From the NCBI GenBank assembly GCA_018221105.1, contig JAAOYA010000009.1:1-64000 (forward strand): a DNA stretch of 64,000 nucleotides, given 5' to 3'. Numbering within the stretch: position 1 is the first letter of the stretch; each line of letters starts with the position of its first letter. Under the pieces are notes generated by a model. That model saw only the letters and a list, made by a program, of their open reading frames with translations, was not told where the DNA came from and ran no database searches. Shown here piece by piece: positions 52,577 to 61,878 of this stretch. This stretch comes from Candidatus Woesearchaeota archaeon (GTDB lineage Archaea > Nanobdellota > Nanobdellia > Woesearchaeales > JAAOYA01). A program made the translations under genes and the position numbers.

Positions 52577-53506
52577 ATGGTTAACATAAAAGAACTGTCA
52601 AAGCGTGATGAAAGGCTAGGCCCCGGGCATAGAATGTGCCCTGGATGTCCAGCAACAATAATAGCCAGGCTAGTAATGCATGCAACAGACAATCCAATAG
52701 TAGTCACTAACGCAACAGGTTGTTTAGAAGTTAGTACAACAATCTACCCTTTTACTAGTTGGCGCGTTCCATGGATGCACAACGCTTTTGAAAACGCGGC
52801 AGCAACACTATCAGGACTCGAGACAGCTTACAAAGCACTAAAAAAAACCGGCAGGGCTTACGGTGACAAAGAAGTAAAATTCCTAGCATTCGGTGGCGAC
52901 GGCGGAACATACGACATTGGACTGCAAGCATTGAGTGGCACTTTAGAGCGAGGCCACAATATTGTTTACGTTTGTTATGACAATCAAGGATACATGAACA
53001 CAGGAATACAAAGAAGCAGCAGCACTCCAATGGGAGCAGCCACCAACACATCACCAGATGGCAGCCTACACCATGGAAAAGAAGTTTTCAAAAAAGATCT
53101 CACAGCAATAACAGTAGCGCACGGCATCAAGTACGTTGCGCAAGCAAGCCCAAGCCACTACGCTGACATGATACGAAAAGCACAAACAGCCTTTGAAGTT
53201 GACGGCCCAGTATTTATCAACATAATAAGCCCATGCGTTCCAGGATGGGGTTACCCGCCAGAAGAAAGCATACAAATAGCAAAACTAGCAGTTGAAACCT
53301 GTTATTGGCCAATATACGAAGTAGTAAACGGAGAGTACAAACTAAACTATGATCCAGCAGCTAGAAAAAAACCAATCACAGAATGGCTTAAAACACAAGC
53401 GCGATTTCGCCACATGCTAAAACCAGAGAATGCTCACTTAGTGACAATGTTGCAAGAGCACGTCGACAAAGAATGGGAAAAACTAAAAAAACTTTGTGGC
53501 AAATAA
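52577..53506 (+). CDS. porB: Pyruvate:ferredoxin oxidoreductase beta subunit
   Basis: GHRMCPGC, TGCLEV, GGDGG..DIG, YDNQGYMNTG TPP-binding motif, SPCVPGW. Confidence 0.95.
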   Translation: MVNIKELSKRDERLGPGHRMCPGCPATIIARLVMHATDNPIVVTNATGCLEVSTTIYPFTSWRVPWMHNAFENAAATLSGLETAYKALKKTGRAYGDKEVKFLAFGGDGGTYDIGLQALSGTLERGHNIVYVCYDNQGYMNTGIQRSSSTPMGAATNTSPDGSLHHGKEVFKKDLTAITVAHGIKYVAQASPSHYADMIRKAQTAFEVDGPVFINIISPCVPGWGYPPEESIQIAKLAVETCYWPIYEVVNGEYKLNYDPAARKKPITEWLKTQARFRHMLKPENAHLVTMLQEHVDKEWEKLKKLCGK

Positions 53507-53535
53507 TATAAATAGTACTACTTTCTAAAAACGTT

Positions 53536-53946
53536 ATGAAACAATTCGAGTATTTAGATCACACAGCAGACGCAAAATTCAGAGCTTTTGGCAGAACAAA
53601 CGAAGAAAAACTATCCAATGCAGTACTAGCGATGAATGGTATAATAGTAGACATAAAAAAAGTACAAATAAGAATTAGTAAAGAAGTAAGCGTAAAAAGC
53701 AAAACCCTGAGAGGACTAATATACGATTTTTTAGATGAAGCACTATTCTTGTTTGACACAGAAGGACTAGTAGTGGCAAAAGTTGAAGATTTAAAAATAA
53801 CAAAAGACACTGATCACTACTGCGCAACAGCCATCTTAAAAGGTGACAGCGTGAAAAATTATGAAGTAGAAGGACACGTCAAAGCAATAACCTACAACGA
53901 CTATGAACTAACAGATGAGTATTTACAAATGGTGGTAGACTTATAA
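53536..53946 (+). CDS. Archease
   Basis: YLDHTAD, VKAITY, VVDL C-terminus; directly upstream of rtcB. Confidence 0.93.
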   Translation: MKQFEYLDHTADAKFRAFGRTNEEKLSNAVLAMNGIIVDIKKVQIRISKEVSVKSKTLRGLIYDFLDEALFLFDTEGLVVAKVEDLKITKDTDHYCATAILKGDSVKNYEVEGHVKAITYNDYELTDEYLQMVVDL

Positions 53947-55367
53947 TGAAAGAAAAACTAAAAAAAACATCAAATTATAGCTTCGAACTAGAAAAAACAG
54001 GTTCTATGAAAGTGCCAGCAAAAATCTACATGAACGAAAAACTATTTGATGCAGTAGAAGACCGTGCAATACAACAATTATACAATGTAGCAGGACTGCC
54101 AGGAGTACAAGGCAGGGTAATGGCAATGCCAGACGCACACCTAGGCTACGGCTTCCCAATAGGAGGGGTCGCAGCAATAGACGGCATTATCACGCCAGGC
54201 GGCATAGGATTTGACATTAATTGCGGAGTCAGAATGCTAGCAACAAACCTAACAAAAGAACAAGTAGAGCCAAAAATACAAGAATTACTAAACGCACTGT
54301 TCAAAAACGTTCCAAGCGGAGTAGGAAGCGAAAGCAAAATACGATTAACAGACGAGCAACTAGACCAAGTTTTAGAAAAAGGTGCTAAGTGGGCGACAGA
54401 GAATGGATATGGAAACCAAGTTGACCTAGATCACTGTGAAGAGTCAGGAAGCATGCCAGGAGCCGATGCCTCAAAAGTAAGCCAGCGAGCAAAAGCACGT
54501 GGCAGAAAACAATTAGGAAGTTTAGGAGCGGGAAACCATTTTTTAGAAGTACAAATAGTAGACAAAATCTATGACAAAGAAATTGCTAATACATTCAACA
54601 TAACGAGTGAAAATCAGATAATGGTAATGATACACTGTGGCAGTAGAGGACTAGGACACCAAGTTTGCGGTGATTACCTAAGAAAAATGGAAGACGCGTA
54701 CCCTCAAATAATAGAAAAACTACCAGAAAAAGATTTGATATACGCGCCACTAAAAGACCAACTAGCAAAAGATTATTTCGCTGCAATGGTAGCAAGCGCA
54801 AACTACGCTTGGGCAAACCGACACGTAATAGCGCACAGAGTACGAGAAGCCTTCAAAGAAGTCTTCGGCGAGAAAGCAGAATTAACAACAGTCTATGATG
54901 TAGCGCACAACATTGCAAAACCAGAAAAACACGAAGTTAATGGAGAACTAAAAGAATTATTAGTGCACCGCAAAGGAGCCACAAGAGCATTCGGGCCAGG
55001 ACGCGAAGAACTGCCAGAAGATTATAAAACAACAGGCCAGCCAGTATTAATACCAGGCAGCATGGGAACAGCAAGCTACATCTTAGTAGGCACAGATACC
55101 GCGATGACAGAAACCTTTGGCTCAACAGCTCACGGCGCAGGACGAGCGATGAGTCGCCACGCAGCAATCAAGAGTTTTCGAGGAGAAAAAGTCAAAGAAG
55201 AACTAGCAAAAAAACACATTTACGTCAAAAGCGCATCATGGAAAGGTATTGCAGAAGAAGCACCACAAGCCTACAAAGACGTTGACGAAGTAGTAAAAGT
55301 CTCACACGAAGCCGGCATAGGAAAACTAGTGGCCAAAGTTGTCCCTTTCGGAGTCATAAAAGGATAA
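53946..55367 (+). CDS. rtcB: RtcB RNA ligase
   Basis: MPDAH.GYGFPIGGV, DINCG, GNHFLE, HCGSRG, HRKGAT, HGAGR, EEAP.AYK. Confidence 0.97.
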   Translation: MKEKLKKTSNYSFELEKTGSMKVPAKIYMNEKLFDAVEDRAIQQLYNVAGLPGVQGRVMAMPDAHLGYGFPIGGVAAIDGIITPGGIGFDINCGVRMLATNLTKEQVEPKIQELLNALFKNVPSGVGSESKIRLTDEQLDQVLEKGAKWATENGYGNQVDLDHCEESGSMPGADASKVSQRAKARGRKQLGSLGAGNHFLEVQIVDKIYDKEIANTFNITSENQIMVMIHCGSRGLGHQVCGDYLRKMEDAYPQIIEKLPEKDLIYAPLKDQLAKDYFAAMVASANYAWANRHVIAHRVREAFKEVFGEKAELTTVYDVAHNIAKPEKHEVNGELKELLVHRKGATRAFGPGREELPEDYKTTGQPVLIPGSMGTASYILVGTDTAMTETFGSTAHGAGRAMSRHAAIKSFRGEKVKEELAKKHIYVKSASWKGIAEEAPQAYKDVDEVVKVSHEAGIGKLVAKVVPFGVIKG

Positions 55368-55368
55368 A

Positions 55369-55650
55369 ATGTTTACAAAAGAACCACCTTGCAATAACGA
55401 TCAAGAAAATGATCTTGGCTGGCTTGCAGATTTACTAACAGAAAAATTGGGTGAAAGAATCGACCCTGATAGAATAATGGGTGCTGTTGAGCAGTATGTT
55501 GGAATTTGTGGTGGTGCAACAAGTTATATGCATGAACGGCTTGAAGAAGTAGCAAGAGAATTATACGGATCAAAGGCACAATTAGAATTTGTCACAGTGC
55601 ATGGCGAGCACAAAGAATTATGCATTGCCTACACTAGTAGTAACTTTTAA
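55369..55650 (+). CDS. Hypothetical protein
   Basis: 93-aa ORF starting 1 nt after the rtcB stop. Confidence 0.5.
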   Translation: MFTKEPPCNNDQENDLGWLADLLTEKLGERIDPDRIMGAVEQYVGICGGATSYMHERLEEVARELYGSKAQLEFVTVHGEHKELCIAYTSSNF

Positions 55651-55689
55651 ATATCTCTAAGAACAAAAATTACTAAAAGAGGTAATAAC

Positions 55690-56928
55690 TTGGCAAGTTT
55701 AGGAATACAACTAGCACTATTAGCAACACTAATATTTTTCTCAGCATTCTTTTCAGGAATAGAAACAGCCTTGATGAGTATTAGCGCAGTAAAAGTCAAC
55801 AGTTTATTACAACAACGCAAAAAAGGAGCAGAAACACTACACCGCCTAAAACAAAACCCTCACAAACTAATAATCACAATACTAATAGGCAACAATTTAG
55901 TAAACATTGGAAGCGCATCGCTGGCAACAGTAGTTTTCACAAACCTTTTCGGCTCAAGCGGCATAGGAATCGCAACAGGGGTCATGACTTTTCTAATACT
56001 AGTCTTTGGCGAGATAACACCAAAAACACTAGCAACACAAAACGCAGAAAAAATCAGTTTAAAAGTAGCAAAACCAATAGAATTATTATCGATAGCACTA
56101 TCTCCATTCGTGTGGTTCTTTGGCCACATAAGCAATCTTGTAACAAGATTGTTCGGATCAAAAGACGGCGGCGAATTATCAGAAGAAGAACTAAAAACAA
56201 TCGTTACGATGGGACACCAAGAAGGAGTCATTAGTCGAGAAGCGGCAGAGATGATGCACAACATCTTAGAGTTCAAAGGAACAAAAGTCACAAAGATAAT
56301 GACTCCAAAAATTGACATGCACATGGTAGACGGAGAAAAATCATTAAAAAAAGAATTAGATTATGTAATAAAAACACCTTACTCTTGCTATCCAATATAC
56401 ATTGACACAAAAGACAAAATAATAGGTCACTTAGACGTTGATGACGTTCTAGCACAAGTTAAAAAAAATAATATAGACCTAAAAGTAAAACAATTAAAAA
56501 GACCAGTATTTTTCGTTCCAGAATACAAAGAAATACACGATTTACTAAAAGATTTTGAAAAAAAGAAAATTTCAATAGCAATAGTAGTTGATGAGTACGC
56601 AGAAGTCAGTGGTTTAGTAACAGTAGAAGATGTACTAGAAGAAATCGTTGGCGACATATTTGACAAAAGCAACCGTCAAAGCATCCACATAAAAAAAGCC
56701 AGCAGAAAACTAATGCGCGTAGACGCTAAGATAAGTGTTGCAGAATTAAACAAAGAATTACACCTAGGACTAAAAGATGATCATTTTAACACACTAGCAG
56801 GTTTCATAGAACACCGATTACACAAAATACCAAAAAAAGGAGAGCGAATAAAACTAAAAAATGTTATAATAGAAGTTGATCAAGTAACAAAACAAGGAAT
56901 CAAAAGCGTCAAAATCATGAAAACATAA
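55690..56928 (+). CDS. HlyC/CorC (CNNM-CBS-CorC) Mg/Co transport protein
   Basis: SAFFSG.ETA, ILIGNNLVN, FGEITPK, VVDEY..V.GLVTVED.LEEIVGDI. Confidence 0.92.
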   Translation: MASLGIQLALLATLIFFSAFFSGIETALMSISAVKVNSLLQQRKKGAETLHRLKQNPHKLIITILIGNNLVNIGSASLATVVFTNLFGSSGIGIATGVMTFLILVFGEITPKTLATQNAEKISLKVAKPIELLSIALSPFVWFFGHISNLVTRLFGSKDGGELSEEELKTIVTMGHQEGVISREAAEMMHNILEFKGTKVTKIMTPKIDMHMVDGEKSLKKELDYVIKTPYSCYPIYIDTKDKIIGHLDVDDVLAQVKKNNIDLKVKQLKRPVFFVPEYKEIHDLLKDFEKKKISIAIVVDEYAEVSGLVTVEDVLEEIVGDIFDKSNRQSIHIKKASRKLMRVDAKISVAELNKELHLGLKDDHFNTLAGFIEHRLHKIPKKGERIKLKNVIIEVDQVTKQGIKSVKIMKT

Positions 56929-56963
56929 TTCTTTTTATATAATTATAATAATCAAATTATAAA

Positions 56964-57668
56964 ATGGTAACAGCACACGTAAAAAAACGAGAAGTAATAG
57001 CAAAAGACACAATAGAGGTAACAATCGAGTTAGAAAAATCAATAGTTTTCCTGTCAGGACAACACGCGACAATAAAACTAACACTTTATCATGAAGACAA
57101 AAAAGGCGGTCAAAGAATTTTTTCAATAACCAACACGCCAAAAACTGACAAGCAAATAATAATTGCCATGCGCCAAACAGGCAGCGGTTTTAAAAAAACA
57201 CTAGAAGAAATTGAAGAAGACAAAGAATTAGAAGTTGTTACAACAGGCGGAGAATTCACACTACCACAAGACACTAACAGAAAAATTGTGTTTATTGCTG
57301 GAGGAATAGGGATAACACCATTTATTGCAATGCTGCGCCACACCTTTGAAAACAATCTACCCTACAAAATAGTGCTAGTATACTCAAATAAAGACAAAGC
57401 AGCAAGCGCATATTATGATGAATTACAACAAATGCAAACAGATCACGAAAACTTCAGGCTTATACCAACAATGACATCAGACAATGATTGGAGTGGAGAA
57501 GCAAGAAGAATAGACAGTGAGTTCATAACTGACTACTTTGAAAAACCACGAGATTACACTTTCATGATAGCAGGCCCGCCAGGACTAGTGCAAAAAATCA
57601 AAACAGAACTATCAAACAGTGGAGCAGAACAGCAACACATAATAACAGAAAACTTTGAAGGATATTAA
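56964..57668 (+). CDS. FNR-type FAD/NAD(P)-binding oxidoreductase
   Basis: R.FSI, AGGIGITPF, AGPP, ENF.GY. Confidence 0.88.
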   Translation: MVTAHVKKREVIAKDTIEVTIELEKSIVFLSGQHATIKLTLYHEDKKGGQRIFSITNTPKTDKQIIIAMRQTGSGFKKTLEEIEEDKELEVVTTGGEFTLPQDTNRKIVFIAGGIGITPFIAMLRHTFENNLPYKIVLVYSNKDKAASAYYDELQQMQTDHENFRLIPTMTSDNDWSGEARRIDSEFITDYFEKPRDYTFMIAGPPGLVQKIKTELSNSGAEQQHIITENFEGY

Positions 57669-58078
57669 ACTTTTAAAATTATAAGATTAGTATTACCCAT
57701 GGTTCTTTTTTCAATGACTTCACGCTCAGACAATTTTTGAACAATCCTGGAAATTTTTACTTTGTTAAAACCAGACAACACTACTAATTTATTTTGCTCT
57801 AAAGAATTATTATTATCAAGCAAAACTTTTACAACAACCCTCTCTTCACGAGGCAAAACTTTTAAGACTTTTTCAAGTTGAAACTTATTAATCTTGTGCT
57901 GAAACAATAAAACAATAAAAGCTCCAATAATAATCGATAAAAAACTAATACCATAAACAATAAGCGGCAATTGTTCGTTAGTGTCACTAGTATAAAAACC
58001 ATTAACTAATGCAAATAAAACTCCTAACACGAAAACTAATATCATTCCAATGATTAATTTTTTGTTTTCAACTTCCAT
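57665..58078 (-). CDS. 2-TM membrane-anchored wHTH regulator
   Basis: Two TMs, then LP.EE..V...L......LEQ..L...SGFNKVKISR....L..R.VI.K...G.TN. Confidence 0.78.
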   Translation of the reverse strand: MEVENKKLIIGMILVFVLGVLFALVNGFYTSDTNEQLPLIVYGISFLSIIIGAFIVLLFQHKINKFQLEKVLKVLPREERVVVKVLLDNNNSLEQNKLVVLSGFNKVKISRIVQKLSEREVIEKRTMGNTNLIILKV

Positions 58079-58079
58079 T

Positions 58080-58307
58080 TTATTTTTCAATCTCGCGCTT
58101 TAACCTTTGAAACTCTTTTTGATCAATTTCTCCACTAGCCAAACGCTTCTTCAAAATATCAAGAGCGCTATCACTTTGACTAGTACGATAACCATACTGG
58201 CCGCTGCTTTTGATGAGCCACCAAACAATCAAAAAGAATAACACTAAAATTAACGGTTGAAAAAACCATCCCATACCATAACCCATCATTGAAGTGTAAT
58301 GCATCAT
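58080..58307 (-). CDS. SHOCT-domain membrane protein
   Basis: MMHYTSMMGYGMGW, one TM, ALDILKKRLASGEID..EF; GAGGT SD. Confidence 0.85.
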   Translation of the reverse strand: MMHYTSMMGYGMGWFFQPLILVLFFLIVWWLIKSSGQYGYRTSQSDSALDILKKRLASGEIDQKEFQRLKREIEK

Positions 58308-58426
58308 TTTAATACCTCGCAATGCTTTATTACTTATAAAAATATTGAAAAATGTCAAAATCCATAAAATATTTTGAACATTTCCAAAAACTATGTTTTT
58401 GAAAAATAAAAAAATAAAATGTTGTT

Positions 58427-58783
58427 TTAGTGCATTGGACAACCGCCAAAACCGCGATTACGACCAAATCCTTGCATCATACTAGAACCTTCACTATTTT
58501 GCTCGTGGTACTCTTCCATCAGTTCATGATGTTCTTGCATAACTTCAAAACTTTCACCGTCAACAACCCAAGCCATCATATTAAAACCAGATTCTTCTCT
58601 AAAATTATCAAAGTCTTCATAAGTGCCATCTTCGATTATTAACTCCATTTGCTCATGAAAGTCTTGCTTATCATTGTTTAATATTGCTCTTTGCTCAAAG
58701 CTTCCGTGAGCGATAGCAAAACCTGACAATGCCAACAAGCCAATAGTCAACATTGCAAACAATGTAATTGTTTTCTTTTGCAT
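58427..58783 (-). CDS. Secreted His/Met-rich protein, putative metal chaperone
   Basis: Signal peptide; MQEHHELMEEYH, MM pairs, C-terminal GCPMH; GGAGG SD. Confidence 0.7.
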   Translation of the reverse strand: MQKKTITLFAMLTIGLLALSGFAIAHGSFEQRAILNNDKQDFHEQMELIIEDGTYEDFDNFREESGFNMMAWVVDGESFEVMQEHHELMEEYHEQNSEGSSMMQGFGRNRGFGGCPMH

Positions 58784-58823
58784 TTTATTTTCCTCCAGGC
58801 AGTTTGCCTAGTATCATATAAGT

Positions 58824-58899
58824 TGAAACAAGATAATTAAATTACTGAAACGAGAATCAAAAAAGTGAAACCAGCCTATAATTTAGTGAAACACGAAAC
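58824..58899. promoter_or_regulatory. Phased TGAAAC direct repeats in a divergent promoter (putative operator array)
   Basis: TGAAAC at 58824, 58846, 58866 and 58887 (spacing 22/20/21) plus CGAAAC at 58894. Confidence 0.6.
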
Positions 58900-58931
58900 A
58901 CTTAAATAAAATATAGGTTTTGAAATAAAAT

Positions 58932-59432
58932 ATGAAAAACCGTGCTTTTGGATTAATAATTATTGGCATAGCAGCATTGATAGGGTTTATAGTGTACTCT
59001 TTTAACAGGGCATTAGACTCAATTGTGGACATTGCTTGCACTCACGGGCCGACTTGTCCAATGCAGGGAACAATAAATTTTCAGACAAGCATAGGACTTG
59101 CGATAATGTTATTACTAGTTCTTGTAGGGGTATACATGATATTTTTTAGTAAAGAAGAAAAAATAGTCACTAAAACTGTCAGAGAACAAGTAAAGCCAAA
59201 ACAGTTAAGCAAAGAACACTACAAGAAAATCTTAAACAGTATACCAAGTGACGAAAAAATAATTTTTGAAAAAATTATTGACGCAAAAGGAACTATTTTT
59301 CAATCAGAATTAGTAGAAAAAACAGATTATTCAAAAGTTAAAATCACGCGAATGCTTGATAGGTTAGAAGGCAAAGGTTTCGTTGAGCGCAAGCGCAGAG
59401 GCATGACAAACATTGTAATATTAAAGGTTTGA
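58932..59432 (+). CDS. 2-TM membrane-anchored wHTH regulator with CTHGPTCPM loop
   Basis: TM-loop(CxHxxxCxM)-TM, then DEK.I.......G...Q..L......SKVKITR.LDRLE.KG.V.R.RRGMTN. Confidence 0.82.
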   Translation: MKNRAFGLIIIGIAALIGFIVYSFNRALDSIVDIACTHGPTCPMQGTINFQTSIGLAIMLLLVLVGVYMIFFSKEEKIVTKTVREQVKPKQLSKEHYKKILNSIPSDEKIIFEKIIDAKGTIFQSELVEKTDYSKVKITRMLDRLEGKGFVERKRRGMTNIVILKV

Positions 59433-59508
59433 AACTAGTTTCGCCTATTCTTATATAAAGGGTTTCACACTAACACTTTCTTAAAACATACCATGAGGTG
59501 TTATACAA

Positions 59509-59697
59509 ATGGAAAACGATTGTGAAAAATTTTGTATGTGTAATTATTTAAAAAATGAATTTGACAATGAACAACCTATCGACACAGAAGATATTTATGA
59601 CAACTTATATGTTGATGAACAATTGCAAGATGATAGCATTCCGGCAGCCCTTGCGGGATTCATGACAGGGTACAATGATGACGCGATGATATCTTAA
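59509..59697 (+). CDS. Small acidic protein
   Basis: 62 aa with GAGGTG SD; N-terminal CxxxCxC, D/E-rich. Confidence 0.55.
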   Translation: MENDCEKFCMCNYLKNEFDNEQPIDTEDIYDNLYVDEQLQDDSIPAALAGFMTGYNDDAMIS

Positions 59698-59714
59698 AAT
59701 TATAAGGTGAAACA

Positions 59715-60638
59715 ATGACAAAAAACAATACAACAACAATTTCTGTAAAGGGAATGACTTGCACAAATTGCAAAAACAAAATCATGACAGAGCTAAAAAA
59801 ACTCTCGGGAGTAAAAAAAGTTCAAGTAGACCTGATTGACGACACTGCAACAGTAATATACAACAGTTCAAAAACCACAAAACAAGAACTTAACAGTGCA
59901 ATAAAAACAGCAGGTTATAATACAGGGCTTTCAAAAAAGCACAAGACAATCATCGAAGGCTTAACATACGGCCTAATGCCCCACATAGGCTGTATTGCCT
60001 TCATTATAGGCTCAATTTTAGGCGTTACAGTACTAATGCAATTTTTCAAACCACTACTTATGAACAGATACTTTTTTCACTTTTTAATACTGCTTTCAAT
60101 CGGTTTCGCAACACTTTCATCAGCATTATACCTGCGAAAAAACGGTTTTTTATCAGTCAAGGGCATTAGAAAAAAATGGAAGTATCTAAGCACGATGTAC
60201 GGTACGACAATAGGAATAAACCTAATATTGTTCATGCTAATATTTCCACTACTAGCAAATGTTTCAGTAAGTGCGACAAGTGCTAATAGTATAACAGGCA
60301 ACGCAGTATTAGATTCTCAAAGCGCTTCAACAATCACAATAGCTGTAGATATCCCGTGCCCAGGCCACGCGCCACTAATAAGCGAAGAATTAAAAACAAT
60401 CAATGGAGTGCAAAGTATTAAATTTAAATTTCCAAACAAGTTTAATGTAGCCTACAATTCAGCACTGACAAGCAAAGAACAAATGCTTTCGCTTGAAGTA
60501 TTTGATGAGTACCCTGCAACAGTATTAGAAGAACAATCAAACAGTGGTGGGTTGCGACAAGTAGACAGCCAACAACCAACAGCAAACAGCGGAGGCACTT
60601 GTGGCGCAACTGCTGGCAGTTGCGGATGCACAGGTTAA
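59715..60638 (+). CDS. HMA-domain membrane protein (HMA, 3 TM, second HMA-like domain)
   Basis: GMTCTNC HMA, PHIGC at TM1, DIPCPGH domain, C-terminal CG...SCGC. Confidence 0.82.
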   Translation: MTKNNTTTISVKGMTCTNCKNKIMTELKKLSGVKKVQVDLIDDTATVIYNSSKTTKQELNSAIKTAGYNTGLSKKHKTIIEGLTYGLMPHIGCIAFIIGSILGVTVLMQFFKPLLMNRYFFHFLILLSIGFATLSSALYLRKNGFLSVKGIRKKWKYLSTMYGTTIGINLILFMLIFPLLANVSVSATSANSITGNAVLDSQSASTITIAVDIPCPGHAPLISEELKTINGVQSIKFKFPNKFNVAYNSALTSKEQMLSLEVFDEYPATVLEEQSNSGGLRQVDSQQPTANSGGTCGATAGSCGCTG

Positions 60639-60657
60639 AACAGGAGGAAAAATAACA

Positions 60658-61383
60658 ATGGCAAAAAAAACAAAAACTGATGACAAACTAACATTTTTAT
60701 ACTGGCTAATAGGACTAACACTAGTCTTGAGCGTAATAAACACTTACAATATAGTAAGCTTAAACAATCGATTCAGTGGAGGAACTGAATTAATAGAAGA
60801 AGCAATCCAGGCAGCGCCAAGTGGCGGTGACACTGTACCGAGCGCTCCAACAAAAGTAGACGTCAGCGCAGACGATGACGCTGTCAAAGGATTATCAAAC
60901 GCTCCAGTGACAATAATAGAGTTTAGTGATTATCAATGTCCATTCTGTGCACGTTTTGCAGAGCAGACATTATCACAAATAGAACAAAAGTACATCAACA
61001 CTGGAAAAGTAAAACTGGTGTATCGTGATTTTCCACTAAGCTTTCACGCAAACGCACAAAAAGCAGCAGAAGCAGCAGAGTGCGCTGGAGATCAAGACAA
61101 GTACTTTGAATACCATGACGTACTGTTTGAAAAACAAAGCGAGTGGTCCAATATTGGCGTAAGCAAATTCAAAGAATACGCTGCTGATTTGAACTTAGAT
61201 CAAACAGAGTTTGACACATGTTTAGACACTTCAAAACATGCAAGCGAAGTACAAAAAGACTTTGCAGACGGTCAAAAAGCTGGAGTTACAGGAACACCGG
61301 CATTTTTCATAAACGGCGTCAAAGTTGTCGGAGCACAACCATACACTGTTTTTGAACAAATAATAGAAAACGAACTAAAATAA
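60658..61383 (+). CDS. DsbA-family thiol-disulfide oxidoreductase, membrane-anchored
   Basis: EFSDYQCPFC, RDFPL, GVTGTP.FFING, GAQP; GGAGG SD. Confidence 0.92.
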   Translation: MAKKTKTDDKLTFLYWLIGLTLVLSVINTYNIVSLNNRFSGGTELIEEAIQAAPSGGDTVPSAPTKVDVSADDDAVKGLSNAPVTIIEFSDYQCPFCARFAEQTLSQIEQKYINTGKVKLVYRDFPLSFHANAQKAAEAAECAGDQDKYFEYHDVLFEKQSEWSNIGVSKFKEYAADLNLDQTEFDTCLDTSKHASEVQKDFADGQKAGVTGTPAFFINGVKVVGAQPYTVFEQIIENELK

Positions 61384-61396
61384 ATCTGGTGAAACT

Positions 61397-61843
61397 ATGA
61401 AAAAAACACATGTAATAATATTAGCGATAGCTGTACTAGCAATAGGAGCTGCTTTGATGAAAGGCTCGATAACTGGTGCGGCAACAACAAACAACGGACA
61501 ATTAACAATACCATTAAGCGAACTATCAAATGACGCTAAATGGTACGAGTACGATGTAGGCGGCAAAACAATAAAGTTTTTCGCAGTAAAGAGTGGCGAT
61601 GGCAGTATAAAAACAGCCTTTGACGCTTGCGATGTATGTTATCGTTCAGGCAAAGGTTATCGCCAAGAAGGCGATTATATGGTGTGCAACAATTGTGGCA
61701 ACAAATACCTAATAAGTGATTTGGGAACAAAAAACAAAAACCCTGGCGGTTGCTGGCCAAGTTTCTTACCAAGCTATGATGACGGGCAAAACCTAATAAT
61801 TGCAGTGTCAGACCTAAAAGCAGGAGCTATTAGGTTTGCCTAA
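61397..61843 (+). CDS. DUF2318-family Cys-rich (putative Fe-S) protein
   Basis: AFDACDVC...GY.Q.G...VCNNCG...GGCWP; N-terminal signal/TM. Confidence 0.8.
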   Translation: MKKTHVIILAIAVLAIGAALMKGSITGAATTNNGQLTIPLSELSNDAKWYEYDVGGKTIKFFAVKSGDGSIKTAFDACDVCYRSGKGYRQEGDYMVCNNCGNKYLISDLGTKNKNPGGCWPSFLPSYDDGQNLIIAVSDLKAGAIRFA

Positions 61844-61878
61844 AAGCAATTCTTTTATAGAATACTACTATTAAATTG

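Noticed and set aside
58821..58900. GAAAC repeats as a CRISPR array
   Set aside because: They resemble CRISPR repeat ends, but the unit is only 6 bp with a ~21-bp period, and no cas genes are present
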